A stretch of DNA of 64,000 nt from Perna viridis (taxonomy: Eukaryota): the NCBI GenBank assembly GCA_037379345.1, contig CM074514.1, positions 19,778,001 through 19,842,000 of the forward strand. The letters are read 5' to 3'. Below are positions 1-13,932 of the stretch, piece after piece. A program made the position numbers and the translations under genes. The notes under the pieces are model-generated. The model was not told where the DNA came from, did no database searches, and was given only the letters and a program-made list of their open reading frames with translations. Each line of letters starts with the position of its first letter. Within the stretch, counting starts at the first letter, position 1.

Positions 1-960
1 TCAAAATACAAAATCATTAAATCCTATGATTGTTTAACTCTTTATACTTCTATTATAATCCTGACTCAAAAACTTGATACATTGTTGTTACTCAAAAAAA
101 GATCGTACACCTAGATGCAGATATGTAGTACTTGTTTGATTCTTCATACTTTGTAAAAACACCAAATTCCAAATCATCTTCAAGTATATTGAAGATGTTT
201 TCAAAATGATGAAATTTTTGATTGACAACATATTTGTCCAGTGTGGTGGATGCATTTTCCGACAAATGGTTGGAATTCCATTGGGAACAAGTTGTGCTCC
301 TCTACTCGATGACTTGTTCTTTTGCTTATGAGGCTGACTGTATAGCGGATCTGATTGAAAGGAAGGATCATCGTTTAGCCAGATTCTCTGATCTCAGTTT
401 CCGCTATATAGATAATATTTTATCATTAAACAATCCTTGTGTCTTGAATATTATAGATAAGATTTTATCATTAAACAATCCTCGTTTCTTGAATATTATA
501 TATCGTATCTACCCCTAAGAACTTGAGATAAAGGCACGATGTGTGGCAACATCCCATCAACACCTGCGTATGGAGTTTTCATATCACAACTCGTACGTTA
601 TGCCAGATTTTGCCATATCTTCACAGACTTTTTGTACTACCCTAGACTTCTAGCAATTAGGCTTATGGAACAGGGTTATGTTGAGATTGAAGTTATCACT
701 ATAGAAGTTTTAAAGTTGTCATCATGAATTGTTACGGTGTATCCATCTGCACATGATAACTGATTTGTTCCACATGTGATGTCATAGTTTTTCTTTCTTC
801 TTTAGCCTACCCTGGATTTGACTTTTTATGAGCAACTTGGGGGTGTTTCTAGTAAAGCATAGAACCTTTACCCATCTGGTGCACCTGGTCCATGTTCCCA
901 TGTTAAGTGGAGTTTGAGTTGCTCATTTCCTTTTGTTGCTTTGTACACATTATTTTGGTT
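1..960 (+). mobile_element. Decayed Penelope-like retroelement, reverse transcriptase fragment plus 3' region
   Basis: Frameshifted motifs IKSYDCLTLYTSI (from 16), IDNIFVQCGGCIFRQMVGIPLGTSCAPLL (from 221), SFRYIDNILSLNNP (YIDD mutated), IYP*ELEIK, and CGNIPSTPAYGVFISQLVRYAR. Stops, a deletion and a ~45 bp internal duplication are present. Confidence 0.82.
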
Positions 961-1479
961 ACTTTATGTTCTTTTTTATGTTCTCTCCTGTTTTTATGCA
1001 CTAAGTTTACTTGCAAGAGATATTTTTTTATGCTTATTTGACATAAATTTAACATAAACACCACCATAACTTTCTTCTAAGCATTTCTGTTTGTAATATG
1101 CGAGCTCTTTCACTTACAGTACAACGTCCCTTAAATCTCTAGATGGATCACTCAGGAATAGTAAAAGTATATATAATTTGAATTAGGAACTGGTAATTAT
1201 TTTTAGTAAATTTCAAACAGTCTATTCGCTTTCAAGATTTTAATTAGAAGAAACCTTGTTTGGTAGTACAGACCAATGCTGTAAACAGAAGAGTGTTTTA
1301 TGATGCAAGAAGTGACTAAAACACTTGTCTGTTTGCCGAATTGGTATGTAAATTGTATACTTAAAAGTGCATCAGGATTTCTTGTTTTTATAAGTTAGAA
1401 ATACTATTTACAAAAATCTGGAAAAAGTGTGTTTAAGAATATTGAACATTCATTATTTTAGAAAATGTTATGATTGGTT

Positions 1480-2500
1480 TGATTTTAGCTCTGTTAAGAG
1501 ATAATTTATAACACTGAGTTGTTGCTGTGGGGCATTTTCAAGTTTGTTAGGATGTCTGCCACAAATGATAAGTGATCAGAAACACTAGAAATTTAGAGTT
1601 GTTGGAATGAAATCCTTGATTTGTTCGAAACTTAAAGTGATCTTCTCAAAATGTATGACTAATGGGCCACTTGCCAAAATGTTCCTAAGGGTATTTTTAA
1701 CAATTATTTTTCTGGCAAAAAACATGGCCACTGTTACTAAAAAAAGGACCATAGATGTCAAATTGCAAAATTTTGCAAATAACTCGGAAACAGTTGGGTT
1801 TAGCAAAAATCTGGATGGGAGTAAAATTGTACAGCATAGTGGGATGGACCTATGCCAAAATTTTTGGAAAGCTCTGTTGATGAATGAATGACTTATGGAT
1901 CTTGAAATGTATTTTTTTCCCCAATTTTAAACTTCCAATTTTAAAAATTTCTCTAAAACTACCGGATGAATTGAAACAAAACTTTGCATGAATATTATGT
2001 AGAACTTGTTTAACAATCTGTACATGGGGGTTTTTGATCTTGCGAAAAACATGGCATCTGTTTCTAAAAATAGACCTTAGGGGTCAAATTGTAGAATTAT
2101 GCAAAAACAGTTGGGTTTGCCTAAAATCTGGCAGGGATTAAAACTGTTCAGCATGATGGGATTGAACTATGCTGAAATTTTCAGAAAGATCTGTTAATGA
2201 ATGAATTGAGTTATGGGTCCTAAAATGGATTTTTTTTTTTTTTTTTTTTTTTTAATCTGAGTCAACTTGTAGGATGGATGGATTGTAACAAAACATGGTA
2301 TGAATGTTTGTTAGGATGTCCTCAACAATTTTTTATCTGTTGAAAACATGGCCACCACTACTAAAAATTGAGGACTTGTTGAAATTACTTGAAAACCAAT
2401 GGGTTTAGCCAAATTTTCTAGGAGAAAAAATTCATCAGAATGGTGAAATTTTTAGAAATATCTGTTGCTCAGATTTATTGCCCTTGATGAGTCAAAGAGA
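1480..2500 (+). mobile_element. Degenerate Helentron/HINE-like non-autonomous element with ~3 internal ~300-330 bp repeats
   Basis: Motif aaaacatggc..ctgttactaaaaa...ttgggtttagc..aaat recurs near 1720, 2047 and 2344 and matches the internal repeat of the 15260-16057 element. Confidence 0.6.
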
Positions 2501-2959
2501 GATTTATTTTATAACTAGGTGGATAACTAAGGTGCTCTGTATTGATTAAATGATTCTTGTGATAACATACCGGCCAACTTCTGAAAATTCCCATGGGGTT
2601 TTTAGGCAGGACAACGAGCAAACTGCATGGGTTTTACTGTAGTAATATAAGAATGAGACAACAACTATAGTATTAATGGGCCTTTTTTCAGTTGAACAAC
2701 CTGCATGCACTGTTACAGATTGAAGTTTGTAAGCCCCTTTTTTTGTGGTGGATTCCTCCAAATTAAATTAAATTCTGAAGTTATGATTAAAAAAAAAATT
2801 ATGAGAAAACTTATATTTTCATTCAATCGATATTTCTTCCACTTTACAACACACTGAGCTCATCTTTCCATCAATGTCATTTGATGGGAAATAATGGTAG
2901 AAAGAAAATTACTGAACAATTATCCGATTCATAATCAAGTCCAAGTCCAAACTATATTT

Positions 2960-3565
2960 GGCAAAATAGATATTACACCACTGGAGCAGCTGGTACTGCA
3001 ATGGTCCTGACTTGGTACCGGCACTTCAAATGAAATGGTGGGTTAAATCTAGGTTTTACAGAGCACTAAACCTCCCTCTTCCATTGCGGCATGACTAAAC
3101 CAGTGGTGATTAAAAAGCATTTGCATGCTATTGTCATAATTGGTAAATCAGCATTCACATCAACACAAAGAACAATTTACAAAAAACAATCATTACTCAT
3201 TGTTTTTGAAGAACTGAGTATTTTTCTACCAAGGGCTGATATTTAAAAAAAAAGTTGGTAAGAGACCTTTTTTAGACGCATTTCCTCATACCATTGATTA
3301 GTCTGTTATGCAGATATTTATGGCATTCAAGGAAAGCAGAGTACTTGCTCTAGCGTAGAAGAAGGGTTGTTGATGTACAATACATCAATATATCTGTATG
3401 TAAAGTTAAAGGATTTAGCATCTTTTAAATTTTTGTTTGTTCTTTACGAGGTTCTGAAGAAATTCAGTCTTGTATGATTATAAAAGAAAATCGGCTAGGA
3501 GAGGTGCACAGTTGGTGCCCTTTGTAATGCCAATTTTTTGTTGATAAATAGCTCTTCCAAAGTCA
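2960..3565 (-). mobile_element. Second decayed Penelope-like RT fragment (diverged relative of the element at 1-960)
   Basis: Reverse strand reads DFGRAIYQQKIGITKGTNCAPLLADFLL*SYKTEFLQNL...SFNFTYRYIDVLYINNP, then a GYEEMRLKRSLTNFF-like C-terminal segment. Confidence 0.78.
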
Positions 3566-4420
3566 GTATGCAAGTGGGAATTTATACAGGTTCGGTCTCA
3601 ACTGATCTTTTTTTTTTTTTATCTTTAATGTCTCATCTGATCTCTGACTTAATACGCACATCCTGTCATAGGAATATGCTGAATTGTGTAACTTGGGCAA
3701 CTTTTTCTTTTCATTAAATGCATGAGGTAAAGAATATGAGGAAATATAACAAATACTCAAGAATGTTACTACCAAATTTATAAAACCATCACTATTTAGG
3801 GGAGGTAACTCATTTTGTATAAACAATGGTAATTTTATAATTTATTTACAAATTTTAGACCTGTTTAATTGACCTTATTTGTGAAATTAATTGTGGAGTA
3901 GACATTAATTTCAAGAAAATGATTGGCTGTTCATTAAATAGTCATAGATCAGTAGGGATTCATTTCCTAATTGTTAATCATCAATTACCCCAGATCTGAT
4001 TGCTCCATTGAGATTGTAAAACATACACTTACCTTTTTAGACAGCAATTTATACCTTTAGTCAGATTTATGACTCCTCTAATCAAAGAAATGTTATTGAA
4101 ACACAAAGTTAAGGGTTTGGATTTGGAGTTTTTTAGGTAATTTTGACAAAATCAGATTTTAGTACAAATTTGACTTGTGAAATGGTGTTAGTTCTAGATT
4201 CATTATAGCTTCTAATGAAAATAAAGGAAATGTGTACAGGAGGCTGTCTTATTAGTGCACATTATGGAAGATCCTTTAAGTCCTATAGTCGGTGATAAAC
4301 TTTGTATACCTGTATTGACATACCATATAGCATGTTATGTTAGGAGGGTGCTGATTTTGTTCATTATAGCAAGTATTTAGTACACCACTTAGCATCTGCC
4401 AAAATTAGAATTGGCAATAT

Positions 4421-4695
4421 TTATACCCCACGCAACAAAGTTGCAAAGGGTCTAATGTTTTTGACCCCTCCATCAGTCCATCTTCAGTTTTCCGGACCTT
4501 TTTTTAAACGCTTGCAGATATTGACATGATTTTTGATATACAAGTTCACCATGATAAATTACGGGTTAATTTTAACTTTCGTTCCGCTCCAATGATTTTT
4601 ACTGAAATTACAGGCCTTGAACTTAGCAAAATTCACAGAAAAAAAAAGTTTTCCAGACTTTCTTTCTAAACGCTTGCAGATATTGACATGAATTT
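4421..4695 (+). mobile_element. Fragment of a non-autonomous repeat (HINE-like 5' end, ~162 bp internal repeat)
   Basis: ttatacccca-cgcaacaaagttgc hairpin start; aacgcttgcagatattgacatga repeated at ~4507 and ~4669. Confidence 0.5.
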
Positions 4696-6540
4696 TTTTG
4701 GCCCTCAGCTAGCAATATTGGACTTCGGCTATGCCTCAGTCCAATATGGCTAGCCTCAGACCAATAACTCGGCCAATATGGAAAACCTTACGTAATAATA
4801 CTACAATATTGACAAAAAATTATTTGATTGGTAAGTAGCAGTCTATAAATATCAGATGGGAGATGATACATGCATGTTAAAAACTGAGAAAACGCACTTC
4901 AGTTTCTAATTAAAAAACTGTGATAGACCATATAACCTGCCTCAGTTTGTCATTTGATTATTGCACTCTTGAGATGAATATTAAAAAGAATATACACAGG
5001 CAAAACTTCTTTCCAGTAAATTTATGTAAAGTGCAAAAACACAATTGTTTTTAAAAAAACTGTATTCTTCTTAATCTACAAAGAGTCATTGAAATACTCA
5101 GTGCATGTACATGTAGTACACATTCCAATTCAAATAAAACCCCAAAAAATGTACCTTTGTGGTTACAAGTTATTTGTGTGACAAATTCATGTTTATTCCT
5201 TTTTATTTGATCTATACATTTAATTTATTTAATAACTGCATCTTTTTCATAATGCGACTTTTTTTTCGATTTGGTTGGAAAACTTTTTTTATCTCATTGT
5301 ACTAGTGCACTTGATTGGTTGTATCAGTTTGTAAAGGGAATTACACAATAGAGCTTTGACAGTCATTGTTGATATTGAATTTTTCAGGTATTATTATAGC
5401 AAGTGGATTACACTTTAGAGGATTATGGGTAAAGTCATTGTAATCATTTCATGCTGACAATTTTGAAAAGAATTTAATATCTTGTTTTATATTTATTTTT
5501 CCCTTATGTGTGAAATAAGTCTTTTATTTAATGTCAAATAAGGAGTTTTTATAATTTTCTTTTTTAAGGTTTTCAACAAACACTTAAATTGCCCCTTTGG
5601 TTAATTAATAACTATAACAGACAAGTGCAAATGAGTGAGCAAGAATTAAGATAAGTTTGACTTCGTTGAACAGTTTTCATTCAATTGGCCTGTGCTCAAA
5701 GAAGAGAATTTATCCTAAGCCTTTCATTATATTATAGGTATTACTGGACAGGGTTATTGATTTATGTAGAAAGTGTTTGACAACTTCAGGATTTACTTTG
5801 CCAGAACTGAAGCACCTGTCATTTCATTCCATGGAGTTCTTGCTTTACCTGGATACTGATTCTCTAGACAGGTAAATTGATTAGTCTTTATTTCTTTGTT
5901 ATTCTTCCTGGTTCAGTATATTGATTGGTCCCATGATTGTGATTTGGACAAGTACTCCAACAATGACAACCCTGCAGCAAATTTGGTAAAATCTTATTTG
6001 ACTCAACTGTTGATGGTTTCAAATTACTGTACATATCCTTTGTCAGTATTGAACTTCATGATTTAATCATAGCTAAATTTGCATTTACGCCAATTTCTAC
6101 TGGCTGGTTAAGCAAAGCAAGCAAAATCAACTGCAAAAAAGTATTAAAACTGTATTCAAATATTCGGTTTTTTTTTCAACCAGACAGACATAACTTCTGT
6201 AATTCTCTTTTCAGTGTCTTTTACTTTCTTCAAACTTGAAAGGGACTAGTTTTTCCTACAACCTTTTTGCACAAAAATGATTCACATTTAAGGTTTGTCT
6301 TGACTTTTTCAGTGAAAAGTTGGTGGGGGAGTACAAAGTATGGTAGCATGAATAAAAGTTTATAAAAAAAATGTATCTGTATTTAAAATTTACAAAAAAG
6401 ATACATGATTATAAGGAGGACTTGAATTACTGTAAAGGTTTAAAATTTTTGTGGAGTACAAATTTTTCGTATTTTTGCCTACGACAGTTAAACTCGAAAA
6501 TTAGTATCTGCTAAATAGAACTTTAAAACTATGAAACACT

Positions 6541-7013
6541 AACCCTGTCTGATGCAAAGTGAGGGGTATATAGGGCTGTCCATCTGCCCCTCCATCTGTA
6601 CTTCCTTCCATTCCACAGGGGGGTACCCATTTCTTATCTGTTATTCTTCTACATCGCTAGATGGAATTAATAAAATTTTCACAGATTCTTTATTTCATGT
6701 ACACATTGTGCACCTCCTGTTTTAGATTTTGATCCAGATCAATTTTGGTGTCACATAGCAAAACATGGACTTCATCATTTTTGAATGTGAGAAAATGGGA
6801 GAGGGACCTATCTTTAATCTGTTACTTCTCATCCACTGCTGATTGGAATTCAATGTTACTTTCACAGAATCTTTATTATGTATGAATATTGTGATTGTGC
6901 ACCTTCTATTTTAGATTTTGATCAGAATCGATTTGGAGGTCAAAAGATGCATGTTATCAAATGTGGGAATGGGGGTATGAATTTAGTGAGCATTGCTCAC
7001 AGTTTTTCTAGTT
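6541..7013 (+). mobile_element. HINE/Helentron-like non-autonomous element with two ~180 bp internal repeats
   Basis: 5' (tcca/tcct)-like microsatellite; internal repeats at ~6637 and ~6818; 3' hairpin gtgagc-att-gctcac (6986-7000) followed by ttctagtt. The same 3' end recurs at 52437-52460. Confidence 0.6.
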
Positions 7014-7126
7014 AAACCATGAAAATTGGTACCCTTGGTACCCACAAATATGTTCACATGAGAAAATATCCCAAAATTTATATGCTTGCTTCTACTTTAT
7101 TGTTACATTCATGCAGTTTGAAATTT

Positions 7127-7245
7127 TCCATTCTTATACAGACATCTGTTTTTTATACATGGATGTGACAGTATTATTGAGAATTCTCCATTCTTATACA
7201 GACATCTGTTTTTTATACATGGATGTGACAGTATTACTGAGAATT
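7127..7245. repeat. 60 bp tandem duplication (2 copies)
   Basis: tccattcttatacagacatctg...gagaatt repeated with 1 mismatch. Confidence 0.9.
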
Positions 7246-10200
7246 TGAATGCTACATGTATTTTCAGAAAATATGGGTGATGATGATGATGGTTTTGGAT
7301 TGTGATATCTTACTTAGTTTTTTTACATTAAAAACAAAGATGAGTATAGGAATAGTCCATTGACAAAGAAAAAATTTTTTAAATGTATTTAATAATATAC
7401 AGATAACATCCTGAAGCTTTCTATCTAAAGATCAATTACTCGAAGCCTGTTCATGGAATATAATACCCATACATGAATAACTCCCATTGAAATTGAGTTG
7501 CATTTATAACCATGTGGTGCTCCATTCAATAATTATGGATTTCCATAAAATGAAATTTCTGTTTTCTTTGTGATTGAACAATTTTCTCAAGCAAACATAC
7601 TGAACATGTTACTTTCATTGTAACATCATTGTAAAATCAATGTAATTCACCACAGTTATCGATAGTCAAGTTTTGCTCCCTTTGTTAGCTACTTGCATGT
7701 TTGCACACACATGCTTACACATGCATAATAACTAGGTAAATTAATCAATCTACTTTCTAGGGGATAATTTTACATGATAAATTGGGGATCACCTGTGTAA
7801 AACAGTTATTATTAAATATAAAATTGGATTTTTATGCACATGTGAGAAGATATTGTTGTCTAATGGTATTATTTTGATAACCTTGGAGCTTTGATCAGTT
7901 CTTAATTAGGGCAAACTACTGGCAACAATATATTTTTATAGTTAAGCAAAATCATTTCATAATTTAATTTTTTTAAATGTTGAGTCTCAGATGTAATAAA
8001 ATATGATTTGTAACCTCACTCCTTTGAAATAGTCTCCACTTCTATAACTTATGGGTTATCCTTTAATTTCTAAAATATTATTAAGTATAACAATTAGCTA
8101 CTTAGTTTAGAAGAATTTAGAAGTTATGTGTTTCCACTTAAAACTGAATGGAGAAATGTATTCATTTGAGTCACCTTCCTTTTTTATAAGATATACCTGA
8201 AGCTTTAGCAATTGTTGAAAACTAGTTTGAATAAGATGCTTATGTTTTATTTTATTAACAATTTTTTAATGATAAATTGGGTGCTGTAGGACATTTTCTT
8301 CATTAATTAACAGAGGTTACCATTGGTTTTAGTGTTTTTACCTAAAAAAAATTACATGTGTATGTTACAGTATTAAATTAGTGTGGGTATAAGGCTCGGA
8401 CCTTCAGCTTCTGTAACAGAACTTTAGTAATTAATATTAAGCTGTACTGAGAACCTTTTGTTTTCCGCAAGTAAACCTTTCATTCCAAATTTTATAAGGT
8501 CCTTGGCCTTCTAATCTTAATATTTCAACTCCTGCGTTTTCATGTAAACTTTTAATAAATACATTTTTGAAGTCTTTCTTTCGATACTTGTTTGTGGTAA
8601 TCACATCATAAGATAATCACCATGTGACCTTTAGTGTGAAACTAAAAGCCCCAGTAGTGTCCTAGAGTTTTAGTCATTTCAGCTTTAGCAGAGCCTAATC
8701 TAGACATTGGTGACAAGAGGAAGTTTTAGTAAATTCTTTTTGAAAAATAACAATACTGACATTCTTGTCTATGTAATCTATTTCAAAAACTTTCCCTTTC
8801 AAAGACAAATTTGGAGAAGTGAGCACAAACAAGAATTTTTCGCTCTCATTTCTCCCTCTAGATTAGGCTCTGGTTTAGCGTGATATTTTATTTTCCCACA
8901 ATGGAAATTAGCCTGTTAAATTAACAAATGTAACTTCTTGGGCTAAATTTCACTTGTTCTGGATGAGAGGGGATGGTATTGTAGAGCTCTTACCTGTCTG
9001 TAAAGGTCAGGTATTGAGTGAAACAATTGGGAGCAACACTTCCATCATTTGTGTCATCATTGTTAAAGAGTAATGATCATATTTGCGTCTTTTTTTTTGG
9101 TGAATTGAGTACCAAAATAAGTTACTTGAATTGCACTTGTAAATAAAGAACTTGGAGGTTTATAACTTTAAGTTTAAGAGGTCAGCAATAAATTTGGATT
9201 TTCCTCAAATGATTTCTCACCACAAATTTCCACCAAACAGATCACTTGAAATTGAAGATTTGAGGAAATTCTCTACTTGAGATTTTTCTTATTAAACTCA
9301 GCCCTGATGTTAATGCAGACCATTGACAATTATTGTCAAATAGTGTGTATTTGGTTGATTTTGGTTTTACATTTTACAATTTAGACTGAGTCTTATCAAC
9401 TCTTCAGCTGAAACATTAATAAGGAATAAGAATGATTGATACATTTCACTAATAGTTATTTATCAGAAATTTAAATTTTCTCATGAACTTGAATCATATT
9501 GACAAGTATACAGAGATATGCTTGGTAAAACCTGCCTTTAATAGAATTAAAAAAATTTTTTAAAAATCTACAGAAATTTTCAATATAGATGCGATTCAGT
9601 GTATTTGTCAGGTACAATATTTTCCCATGACATTGAATTAGATATTTACATAGAAAGAGTATGGGTGGATGTCTTTTTTCAACAATCCAAATTTATACTA
9701 GAGATAAATGTTTTATGTTTTCTTTTTAGATAATCTATATACATATCTTTACTTTCACTTCACTGAATTTCTATACTGTCCATATATTGTATTAAATAGT
9801 TCACAATGTCAACATCAGGTTTGATCATTTCATTACATTAATATTACAGAGGATAATCAATATACATGTACCAGGTATAAAATTAGCTCTTTTCACCCAT
9901 TTAAAGGTTGATCAGAATGATTTATTTCCTTTCTTAATTTAAAGTGTCTGGATTCCAATTATTTCACCTTCATGTTTCAAATGTGTATTTAAAACAATCA
10001 AAATAAACCATGTGACAAGTAGACACTGAAATTTAATCGTGATTATTAACCCATGAAGAGAACAGAGAAAAACTTGTAATATAAGTATATGGCCTGTCGA
10101 CCATGTTGAATTCCTTGTATTGTTATTTAAATGTTCGGAAGCCAGTATGATTACCTGTATTAGTTAAAGTCTGTTGATAAGGCCTCTCTCACTTTTGGAT

Positions 10201-13200
10201 TTTAATATTTCTTGATATTTCTGCATCTGGATTATTTTCGTGCATTTTCATTTGGATTAATTTCTTTATTTTTTGTCCTATATGGTAAGATTGATTTATG
10301 TTTTGAAAATAATTTTTATGAGTGGAATTTGAAAATTATGAAACCTAATTCTACCTGTTCAGTTAAATTTGTTATGACACCTGTAATCAGCAGGCTAATT
10401 ATAAGAGTTAATCAATGGTTTTACTTCTGCTGTAGTACATAGAACAACTAGAAAGTGTTGAATGTTTGCAAGATATAACTTTATTTCATTACTTTAATTG
10501 ATATGGAATTCTAATGAATTTAAATGAATTTTTAGCTTTCAAATTTGATTTTGAATCGGCAGGTGTGGCCTTTAAATTTTTTGTAGTCAAGTTTTCATAT
10601 TAAACTATTGAGGTATGACAACATAGTTTAAAGGAAATGTCAGATACTTGCTAATCTTTACTATTGTTCAAAGGCTTGAAAACTACATAACAGTACATAA
10701 TAGTGAAGAAAATTACATGATCACCTTTCTCTTTCATTTCTTTCTCCCAAAATAATATTGTCATGTTCCTTTCATGATATATAATCTGAAGTCTTGGTTA
10801 ACTCATTAATAAAGAACCAGTTTGAAGGAAACTTACTTTTTGTTGTCTTTATTTTCAAGTAAAAATGCCATGAAAGTTATGTTGGGTAAGTGAGTTTAAG
10901 GAAGTAGATATCTATTAGTATATATATGTACTTCCAAAATCTGTGCAGAATATATTTCTAGGTAGGAAGAATTGATTTTTCTGGTAAGGAGAGAATTAAA
11001 GTCTTCATTGTGATATGCATTTTGTAAACCACATTATTTGTGATTACTTCATTTACAAAAGGTTTACTTTGTAGTTTTAAGTGAGTTCCAGGTAGTTCCT
11101 CTTGGTAACAACTTTATATTCACATTTAGGAATGATTAAACCTTTTAGATTGTTTTGAACTTGGTTTTGTTATTTTGACACCCCTGCAAATAAGCAAAAA
11201 ATAATTTGCTTGCATACTAAGTTTTCATTGAAGTCTCAGGAAGTCTACCTTTCCATATGTAGCAGAAAAGAATGCAGTTTGTTATAAAACATTCAAGATG
11301 TAACTAAAAGTTTTATATAACACTGGAATCAATTTCTAAGCAATAATTCATAAATTTGTGAAGATGGAGTTGTAAGGGGATGATGTTTATTGCTTGAATT
11401 GAAGTTGTTTTGAAACAAGCATATCTTATAAGCAAGTTGAATATAAAATAACTGTGACATAGTCTATCATCATCAAAGTTACATCTAGAAAATGGCTATG
11501 TTGTTATTTAATTTCTTGCGCTGAAAGATACATGTAACATTTAGTGATTTGGTGAAGTATGCTGTTGACTCCTACAAAAGCCTTAAATGTTTTCTCCCTC
11601 TTTTATGCTTGATGATCAGATGATGAAATCTGACAAGTAGTGATCTGGGTTTAATGACTATCATAAAGAAATTTGGATGACCTTCTTTGATTACTTAGTC
11701 AATTTATTGTGACATTGTCATTAAAAGTTCTTTGATAAAAATCTATGTTTTTATATTTGTAGATGTAACTGATACAAGGAGAAATGGACATGATTGACAA
11801 GCACCTGTATCCAATCTACAGGTAAAAAACAGGTAAGATATAATTTGCTTTGACAGTGATTTGAAAAATTGTCCATGCTTACTATTAAAAAAGGAAAATT
11901 TTCCCAAAAATGTGAAAAAAATAATCTTTGATGAAAATGAACAAGAGGAAAGGCATGCCAATGACGACAAATAAGGAGTGATGATAGAGACGACACATCC
12001 TGTCAAACACATCCTCTCACGGTAGGAATTTTATACTTGGTGTATCATGAAAAATAATGTTGTATATGATCATGTTCTGATAAATTGTGGCTTTGTTTTG
12101 TTGACATATGCAGAAACTTTTTTCCATTTCTCATTTCCTGCTGCATAGACTATAATTAGGATATGAGTGTTCCAGGTTTTAGATTATGCAACTATTAAGA
12201 TGCATAAAGTATATTTGAAAGTCATGCTGTTAAATCACTATTTAAAACCTCACCCTTTGCCAAACCCATGAATTCAACTAGTGGAAACATTCTTGTGGCT
12301 TTCAAGATCTTTTTAAGTAGCAGCAATCTTTAATGTTTGCATTTTTAGATAAACCAGGTTCTTACAGTTTTTAATCCTGTAATGTGATTGATCTTTGCCT
12401 GATACATCATGTATATTTTGCTGAGTAATCATATATTTGACATTTCACAATGAAAAGGTCATATATTATGATATTTGCCTAATTATGCTTAGTTATCAAC
12501 CTTAGTGTCAGTTTTGTCTTCTTTAGGTCATTCCGCAGCAATAGTTTTGCTTATAAATATTTATGATCAATGTGCTTGTTTGTAAACTTGGCATCTTGCT
12601 CACTGTATGATTGTTTACTATATGTATAGAGTATCCTCTTATCACTACTTGATACAAAATATGTCTACTGATTACATTCTGTACAGTATTTATCAGAGCA
12701 GAAATACCCCTATCAACTTCTAATGGATGGTCTTGATTTTATAAAATTAACCAAATAGATTTATTACAATTCCCAACTTGTGGACCAACATTTTGTCAAC
12801 ATTTACCTCCCTTTGGAGCAGGTGTCTAGTCGGAACATGTAAGGTTTTCCATGCGATATCGATGATACTTTAGAAAATCTCGAAAGTCAAAAGGGAATTT
12901 TTTGTTCTACTGACCCTGCCATCAATTTTCTTTACCCGGGATACAAATGAAAATCATCCTTATGTTACCTACCAACAAAATGAAACACCCTGTAAATTTT
13001 AGAAACACCGTTGTGTTTGTCTGGTGGGGATTCCATTTTCATTCGAGTTACCTCTTTTTTCTGCACCCGAATCCGAACATCGGTTAGAGACTTTGAAATT
13101 ATACCTGCTCTTACGGGAGGTAACTCGGCAAAAACAGGATAAAATATGGCTGCATCCTGAGCTCTGCAAGTAGGGAATAGTTGCTTTTTGCAAATGTTGT

Positions 13201-13546
13201 CTTGTCTTGTCAGCTATTAGGACAAAAAAAAAGTCCAAGACTCTGAACTGGTATATTTTGTATTTATTATTCTGATCCAACCATTCAATATTTGAGACAG
13301 TTAGGCAAATTTTATTTTTTTATTTTTATCAATATTAGTGAAAAATACTGTCAATTTTTAAGCAATTCACCTTAATTGGACAAAAATTCAAAATAATTCT
13401 TTTTGAGGCAGCTGAAAAAATCAGGTGCAGAGGGAATCAGAATCTTGGATACTTTTTATTTTGGTCTCAATGTCTGTTCTATCTGCCTCTGTAAAAAGTA
13501 CAATCATAATTCTTTGGTATGCTTCCCTTGTTTTTGCTGATTTGAT

Positions 13547-13932
13547 CATCTAGTTAGGTTGTCACACTTTTGGAAGAACATCTAGTGAGGTTGTCACACT
13601 TTTGGAAGAACATCTAGTGAGGCTGTCATACTTTTGGAAGAACATCTAGTGAGGCTGTCATACTTTTGGAAGAACATCTAGTTGAGGCTGTCATACTTTT
13701 GGAAGTACATCTTGTCTAGTGAGGCTGTCATACTTTTGGAAGTACATCTTGTCTAGTGAGGCTGTCATACTTTTGGAAGAACATCTAGTGAGGCTGTCAT
13801 ACTTTTGGAAGAACATCTAGTGAGGCTGTCATACTTTTGGAAGAACATCTAGTGAGGCTGTCATACTTTTGGAATAACATCTAGTGAGGCTGTCATACTT
13901 TTGGAAGAACATCTTGTCTAGTGATGTTGTCA
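13547..13932. repeat. Minisatellite, 32 bp unit (37 bp variant), ~11-12 copies
   Basis: catctagtgaggctgtcatacttttggaagaa repeated. Confidence 0.95.

Noticed and set aside
12800-13470. CpG-richer segment as a promoter or coding exon
   Set aside because: No convincing ORF or splice pair. It is more likely a decayed DNA-transposon fragment, which I cannot classify without a search.
13547-13932. 32 bp repeat as a CRISPR array
   Set aside because: Head-to-tail units with no unique spacers
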